Below are positions 34,496-39,411 of a DNA stretch of 39,411 nucleotides, one piece after another. Numbering within the stretch: the first letter of the stretch is position 1; every line of letters starts with the position of its first letter. Below the pieces are notes generated by a model. That model saw nothing but the letters and a program-made list of their open reading frames with translations, ran no database searches and was not told the DNA's origin. Where the stretch lies: positions 1 to 39,411 of IMG/VR virus record IMGVR_UViG_3300033076_001167. One strand, written 5' to 3'. Origin of the DNA: a virus (taxonomy: Duplodnaviria > Caudoviricetes). A program made the translations under genes and the position numbers.

Positions 34496-35304
34496 GCATC
34501 TCGACATTCTCCAGCCTCAAAAGCAAGATTGTCGGGCCATGGCAGACAATGCCATTTACCAAGAACTCCGTTAGCGCTGGCGGTTCCGCAATAGCTGCCA
34601 CAACGTTCTACGTTGCGCCGAACGCTAGCACTACGAGTCCGACAAGCGGGTCTTATACCAGCGCGACTGACGGCGCTTCGCACCTTGGATTGCTCAACGC
34701 ATCCACAACGATGCGGATTGCGAGCTGCGAATTCGGAGCTGCCCAAAACTCATTCGGGACGTGGGTTCTAGTCGACAGGCTCGCAGGTGTCTGCGGGTAC
34801 AGCGGAACAACAACAGGAGCACAATCCGGGACGTTCTACGCTCCAACGAGATACACTGACGGCGTTGGCGTTTGGCTTATCGTTGAGATTGCGCAGCAGA
34901 TTGGGACGTCTGCCACAACATACACGGTCAGCTATACCAACCAAGACAGTACGTCTGGTCGAACGTCGCAGGCTACAGCGATCGGCGGAACGGCGCGCCG
35001 TAATGCTGGCGTGTGCATCGTGACGCCATTGGCTGAAGGCGACACAGGCGTCAAAGAAATTGCTAGCCTTACGCTTGCCGGAAGCACTGGCACCGCTGGA
35101 TACTTCAACACAATCCTAGTCAAGCCACTGCTCTTCATGCCTGTCGCATATAGCGGGATGCCGATCGCCATAAACACGCTTCTGTCGCAAGGCGTGCTGC
35201 CACAAGTCCAAAGTGATGCGTGCTTGCAATGGATCTGCCTTATCGGCAACGCGAACAATCAGACAGGCGCACAGGCCGCAACGGTTAAGATTGTCGCAGA
35301 ATGA
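34492..35304 (+). CDS. Virion appendage protein D (paralog of 33653-34495)
   Basis: LVDRL, YTNQDSTSG, TPLAEGDTGV, AGYFNTILVKPL, DACL. Confidence 0.65.
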   Translation: MSISTFSSLKSKIVGPWQTMPFTKNSVSAGGSAIAATTFYVAPNASTTSPTSGSYTSATDGASHLGLLNASTTMRIASCEFGAAQNSFGTWVLVDRLAGVCGYSGTTTGAQSGTFYAPTRYTDGVGVWLIVEIAQQIGTSATTYTVSYTNQDSTSGRTSQATAIGGTARRNAGVCIVTPLAEGDTGVKEIASLTLAGSTGTAGYFNTILVKPLLFMPVAYSGMPIAINTLLSQGVLPQVQSDACLQWICLIGNANNQTGAQAATVKIVAE

Positions 35305-36191
35305 GCATCGTCAACGTTCTCGATGAATGGCTCTTTGACGGAGCCATCAACGAAATCGGCGGCGTTCCGATCGAGAGCGTTGCGACAACGCAAACCGTTG
35401 AGCTGTCCGCTGTCATCGCTGGCGCAGTAGCGTTTGCGCCAACTGTTGCGCCCGGAGCTGTCACAGCCGTTGCGGCACTGGTCTCTTCCGAAGCTGCAGC
35501 GTATGAGCCAACGGTTACGCCAGGCGCGCTGACATGCGTGGCAGACATCGCGACGGCTTCTGGCATTGCCTTTGACCAGTCGGCCTCGCCTGGCAGTGTC
35601 GACGCTGTATGCGCAGATGCTGTGGCGTCTGGATATGTTCCGCAGGCTGGCGATGTAACCATCAGCGCTATCACGCTTGCGGCTGACATGGCCGTCGCTG
35701 GCACAGCGTTCTTCGATGTTGTCACAGTGCCGCCGAGCCAAGCGCTTGCCGCAGATGTGTCATTCGGAGCGTTCGTTGGGTATGAGCAGACGAGCCTGGC
35801 AGTATATGCGGTAGACGCTTCGACAGTAGTAGCCGGAGCCGTCGGCGAGAGCGTGGCTGTGGCGTCTGTCTCGAGCGTTGCTGCAGAGGCTATGTTCGTT
35901 CTTGGCGTTGGTTTCTCTGCAGACATTGGGCAGCAGCAAATTATCGCTCCGGCGCAGCTAGTCGCGTCGTTTGCGAGCTTCGGCAGCGTTGTTGGTGAGC
36001 TGTCTGCATGGCCGTTGCTTGGCACAACGCCATCTGTCTGCGCGCTTGTTGGTTCTAGGCCGCAACACAGCACGATGGTGCAAACCACGCCGCAGGCTGT
36101 CATTGCACTGCGCAGCGTGCCGCGCACGTCCAACAATTTTGCGACATCTCCGCAGACTGTGGAGCCGCTAGATACGGAGCCCGAGAGTTGA
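35301..36191 (+). CDS. Ala/Val-rich low-complexity fibre/stalk-like protein
   Basis: Loose repeats of about 24 aa (PTVAPGAVT / PTVTPGALT / SASPGSVD). Confidence 0.55.
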   Translation: MSIVNVLDEWLFDGAINEIGGVPIESVATTQTVELSAVIAGAVAFAPTVAPGAVTAVAALVSSEAAAYEPTVTPGALTCVADIATASGIAFDQSASPGSVDAVCADAVASGYVPQAGDVTISAITLAADMAVAGTAFFDVVTVPPSQALAADVSFGAFVGYEQTSLAVYAVDASTVVAGAVGESVAVASVSSVAAEAMFVLGVGFSADIGQQQIIAPAQLVASFASFGSVVGELSAWPLLGTTPSVCALVGSRPQHSTMVQTTPQAVIALRSVPRTSNNFATSPQTVEPLDTEPES

Positions 36192-36769
36192 AGGCAATCA
36201 AGCGCGGGTCTTGTGCTGTCGTCGCCGCGTTCTGTGTCCCGCGTGTTGTTGTTGATGACGTTGCAGATGCTGTGGGAGACGCAACGCTGCTCATCGATGA
36301 TGCTCGTTTCGGCTCAGACACGCCGGCGCAGATACGGTTGGCAGCGCGCCCACTAGTTGGAGCTCCGCTAGTGTTGGTCGGCTTCGGGTCCGGCTGCGTG
36401 CGTGTGCTGCAGCTGTGGAAGGCTGGTGCGTGTCCATCTGGCGTTGTCTTGGTCGACGGCCTAACCGCTGCGATGCCTCCCAAGGAGTGGGAAATCAATC
36501 ATTGGAGCGCAATGATAAACGCTGCCAGATGCGATAGCATCACGCTGCATGCGTCGCATACGCCGGACCGCAGTGTTGAGCGCGGAGACAAATGGCTGCG
36601 GCAGACGTCCGCCGTATCAATGCTCAGGCAGTTGACCGGGTGGCCATTGTCGCAAATGGGTACCACCCGCGATGGTTCTCTTTCTGTCCTGACGCATGAT
36701 GGCAAGCGCAGCGTGCTTGCTGATTTGGTGCGCGCAACCATGAAAGGCATTCATGCATTCAATCGATGA
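36188..36769 (+). CDS. Alpha/beta-hydrolase-fold protein lacking the nucleophile Ser (paralog of the endolysin N-domain)
   Basis: LVLVGFGSGCVRVLQLW...VVLVDG versus VALVGFSAGCLRIRKLW...LLLCDG downstream; TTG start uncertain. Confidence 0.6.
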   Translation: MKAIKRGSCAVVAAFCVPRVVVDDVADAVGDATLLIDDARFGSDTPAQIRLAARPLVGAPLVLVGFGSGCVRVLQLWKAGACPSGVVLVDGLTAAMPPKEWEINHWSAMINAARCDSITLHASHTPDRSVERGDKWLRQTSAVSMLRQLTGWPLSQMGTTRDGSLSVLTHDGKRSVLADLVRATMKGIHAFNR

Positions 36770-36893
36770 AAGGCGCCGCGAAGAGCGCGCAGTAGTAATG
36801 GCTGCGATGGCAAAAATGAACCTCAGGCAAATCGAGCTGCTTGCGGCGCTGGCGCGTTTGCTCGTCTCGCAGGAAGTCAAAGCATGCCACTGA
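36753..36893 (+). CDS. Small hypothetical protein (46 aa, MHSIDERRREER...)
   Basis: Own translation; GAAAGG upstream; overlaps both neighbours. Confidence 0.45.
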   Translation: MHSIDERRREERAVVMAAMAKMNLRQIELLAALARLLVSQEVKACH

Positions 36894-38080
36894 AGCTTCT
36901 CCAAAAGTCTGACTTGGCCTCTCCGGTTGTCGTTGTCGCCATCAAGTGCGATCCGATTAGGCTTAAGGTGTTGTTCCCAAAGGCTGTCATCGTGCACGAT
37001 GGCAACGCTACCGGGACAGATACGTGGGAGCAGATGCTTGCGCTCGCGCGCACTGGCGCAATCCGTGGAGAGCTTGGGCCGGTCGCTCTCGTCGGCTTTA
37101 GCGCAGGGTGCTTGCGTATTCGGAAGCTTTGGCTTGATGGTGCTAGGCCCGACGCATTGCTGCTATGTGATGGGACGCATACATCTCTGCCGCCATCGAA
37201 AGAACAAGAGCGAGCATGGTCTGAGATTATTGCCGACGGGAAAGAGGCATTGCGCCTAGTCGTTATCACGCACACGTTCAATACATACGTGGAGCAGCTA
37301 AAGTCTCCATACTCGAGTACGGTAGGCACATTGCGCCGCATTATGGGCGAGCCGTTCGAGATGCAACGCACTGCATACACGCAGCGGTTCGGCGGGATGT
37401 ACGTGAGTTCATGGCCAAGCAAGGCGTGTGACGACCCTGCGCATGCGCGGCAGCTCAACGAAGCGCTGCCGGATATGGTGCGTCAGTACGTTGGGCCATA
37501 CATGGGTGGTCTGCGCGATGCGATGTTGGGCGGAGCTGCAGCAACGCCAACGAAACCGCCGGAATGGCTGCGCCCGGAGCTCACGTACGGCCAGCGGATG
37601 ATCGCATGGTCTCGAGCCGAGATGGATGCCGGCGTTGCAGAGAACCCGCCGGGCTCGAATACTGGGCCACGGATCCGCGACTACCTAGCGGGGTGCATCA
37701 GGCACGAGAGACGCCTCGGCCTCACCGCAGGGCAATGGTGCGCTGCTGCCGCATCAATGGCGGCACATGTTGCCGCGTTGCATGGAGACCACGTTCCTAC
37801 GTGGCGCGCCAGCGGACTCGAGATGATCCAAGACGCGATCGCATCGGGGCGATGGTATGACCTGGACGATGTGCTACACGGGTTGTATGTGCCATCTATT
37901 GGGGACCTGTGCGTGCTAGCGCCATCGGCTGGCATGCCGTCATGGGGACGTCATGTGACGCGTGTGGTGCAGTGGTCGCCAACAGGATTCCGCACGATCG
38001 GCGGCAACGAGGGTAACGCATGGGCGGAAACTGCGCGGACGATGACGCCTACCGTTTTGGGGTTCGCGCGTGTCGACTGA
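36884..38080 (+). CDS. Putative endolysin: N-terminal alpha/beta hydrolase (GFSAG) fused to a C-terminal CHAP/NlpC-like amidase
   Basis: GVAENPPGSNTGPRIRDY, WCAA, PSIGDL, HVTRV and TIGGNEGN in the C-domain; GxSxG in the N-domain. Confidence 0.75.
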   Translation: MPLKLLQKSDLASPVVVVAIKCDPIRLKVLFPKAVIVHDGNATGTDTWEQMLALARTGAIRGELGPVALVGFSAGCLRIRKLWLDGARPDALLLCDGTHTSLPPSKEQERAWSEIIADGKEALRLVVITHTFNTYVEQLKSPYSSTVGTLRRIMGEPFEMQRTAYTQRFGGMYVSSWPSKACDDPAHARQLNEALPDMVRQYVGPYMGGLRDAMLGGAAATPTKPPEWLRPELTYGQRMIAWSRAEMDAGVAENPPGSNTGPRIRDYLAGCIRHERRLGLTAGQWCAAAASMAAHVAALHGDHVPTWRASGLEMIQDAIASGRWYDLDDVLHGLYVPSIGDLCVLAPSAGMPSWGRHVTRVVQWSPTGFRTIGGNEGNAWAETARTMTPTVLGFARVD

Positions 38081-38237
38081 CGAGACGCTAGAGCGCATGC
38101 GCGAGCTGCGCGCGGAGCTCGACAGGCTATGGCCGCAATATAGCGGCCCGCCTGGCATCCACAGGCGCGCCATTGCCGAGCAAATTCGCAGGGTATGCGA
38201 CGAGATTTCGCGTGAAGTCAGTGAGTGGGAGCCGTAG
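38070..38237 (+). CDS. Small hypothetical helical protein (55 aa, VSTDETLERMRELRAEL...)
   Basis: Own translation; GTG overlaps the endolysin 3' end. Confidence 0.45.
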   Translation: MSTDETLERMRELRAELDRLWPQYSGPPGIHRRAIAEQIRRVCDEISREVSEWEP

Positions 38238-38484
38238 CACGCGACGTGCGCTTGCGCTTGCGCTTGTCCTTACCACGCTTGCGCCGTGGGATGATGGCGA
38301 GTGTGGCGCTCAACCCGTCGCATTCTGCGACCATGCGCGTCAGTGTTCTACGGCTCATCCCTAGCGCTGCAGCTGCAGCACCGAGAGACCCGTGCTCGCG
38401 CACAGCATCGGCGATGCGTAGAATCATCTCCGGTGACGTGGCGCGCATCTGCAGCGCTGCCCTGGCGATGGTCGAAGCCTTCAC
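38218..38484 (-). CDS. Fis-type HTH DNA-binding protein with a basic tail
   Basis: HGSLGAAAAALGMSRRTLTRMV; GTGA-coupled start at 38484; RRKRGKDKRKRKR tail. Confidence 0.65.
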   Translation of the reverse strand: MKASTIARAALQMRATSPEMILRIADAVREHGSLGAAAAALGMSRRTLTRMVAECDGLSATLAIIPRRKRGKDKRKRKRTSRATAPTH

Positions 38485-38876
38485 AGCCTCTCCATCGCAG
38501 CCATACATGCTGCCCATAGGCTGGCGTAGGTAGCGTCGCGCACGCGCCAACCACGTCGCGTGCGCGTGAGACCAAACCTCTGGCGCAGCGCGATCGCATC
38601 CATCGCACGCTGGCGCAGGGATGCGACATAGTGCTTGCGCGTAGCTTGTGCGATGTCTGGGAGCACATCCACAAGGCACGCGTGCGCCAGTGGCACATCG
38701 CCAGTCCACGCGTGATATCCTGCACGCGAAAGCGCCACATATTCACGCGACGTTGGTGCGTGCTCGTCTGCGATTATCGTCAGCATGGCCGCCATAAATT
38801 TGGGTGGTTGTGGACTGTCGACAGCCATGGCCAGAAGTAACGCGTCCGCGACGTCTAGCGTGTCTATTGGTCGCAT
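38481..38876 (-). CDS. Hypothetical protein
   Basis: GGGGG RBS-like upstream; overlaps both neighbours in the minus-strand operon. Confidence 0.55.
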   Translation of the reverse strand: MRPIDTLDVADALLLAMAVDSPQPPKFMAAMLTIIADEHAPTSREYVALSRAGYHAWTGDVPLAHACLVDVLPDIAQATRKHYVASLRQRAMDAIALRQRFGLTRTRRGWRVRDATYASLWAACMAAMERL

Positions 38877-39373
38877 GTAGCACCCCCCGTATCACCACGA
38901 TCGCATGTAATGCGTGGGCGCGGGTCCGATAGGCGGTCGGCCTCGGGTCGGGCGCGCCACCGCGCGATTCTATCGCCGACAGACGCAGACGCCGCACCCC
39001 ATCCCACTGGGGGGAGCGCAAGCCGTTCATCCCTGATTTGTGCGGCAGAATCAGATTCCGCCTGTGTCTGCTGCGATGCCAGTCGCTCGCTGTCACCGAC
39101 AGCGACTGCGCGCGCCTCACGATAGGCGGATTCAATTGCATGATACTCCGCCCATGCGTCCATTGCATCAGCGTACGCCTCTGAGATCCGAGCCCCGTAC
39201 CTATCGCGCCCGGACGGGTCTACCAGGTGCCCTGTGTAGCGCTGATGGGACGCCAGCCTCCGCTCGCATTCGCGCGCGTGAGAGTAGGCCTCGTGCACGC
39301 GAGCACGCATCGGAGCTAGCCCGGAGAGTGCGTTGGCGAGATATGTCCGTGCCGCTTTGATTTCGCTGTCCAT
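38864..39373 (-). CDS. Hypothetical helical protein
   Basis: GGAGG RBS 4 nt before ATG 39373 (MDSEIKAAR...). Confidence 0.6.
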   Translation of the reverse strand: MDSEIKAARTYLANALSGLAPMRARVHEAYSHARECERRLASHQRYTGHLVDPSGRDRYGARISEAYADAMDAWAEYHAIESAYREARAVAVGDSERLASQQTQAESDSAAQIRDERLALPPVGWGAASASVGDRIARWRARPEADRLSDPRPRITCDRGDTGGATCDQ

Positions 39374-39411
39374 ATAGCCTCCCAACGGCAAAAGCCCCAC
39401 GTCTACAATGG

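Larger units (their letters stand above)
1..39411. mobile_element. Tailed dsDNA phage/prophage genome segment with Mu-like contractile tail (myovirus morphotype)
   Basis: Canonical order terS-terL-portal-scaffold-MCP-neck-sheath-tube-chaperones-TMP-baseplate-fibres-lysis on the + strand; no host housekeeping genes anywhere in the window. Confidence 0.96.

Noticed and set aside
28887-35304. Paralog pairs as diversity-generating retroelement TR/VR or an invertible fibre switch
   Set aside because: No reverse transcriptase or invertase, differences are not adenine-specific, and all copies are in direct orientation

Overview
The whole window is one contiguous piece of a GC-rich tailed-phage (or prophage) genome with a Mu-like contractile tail. 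1-4885: a translationally coupled array of small early/accessory genes (MazG-like pyrophosphohydrolase, Trp-heptad membrane protein, Lar-like Zn finger, RHH protein, nucleoside 2-deoxyribosyltransferase-like protein, HTH regulators) that carries clear recombination scars. 4886-5114: structured intergenic region with an extended -10 element. 5115-11253: terminase, portal, GTA-like head-spike base, scaffold, major capsid and a His-repeat protein. 11253-26173: neck, sheath, tube, chaperones, tape measure and Mu gpN/gpP/gp45/gp46/gp47/gp48-like baseplate genes. 26183-36191: two fibre/appendage cassettes, each with a tandem paralog pair, split by holin/lipoprotein genes. 36188-38080: an alpha/beta-hydrolase-CHAP fusion endolysin preceded by an apparently catalytically dead paralog. 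38218-39373: three convergent minus-strand genes. I saw no integrase, polymerase, reverse transcriptase, tRNA or CRISPR array. All product calls come from motif recognition and gene order, not database searches. The host is unknown; a Myxococcota host is a tentative guess only.
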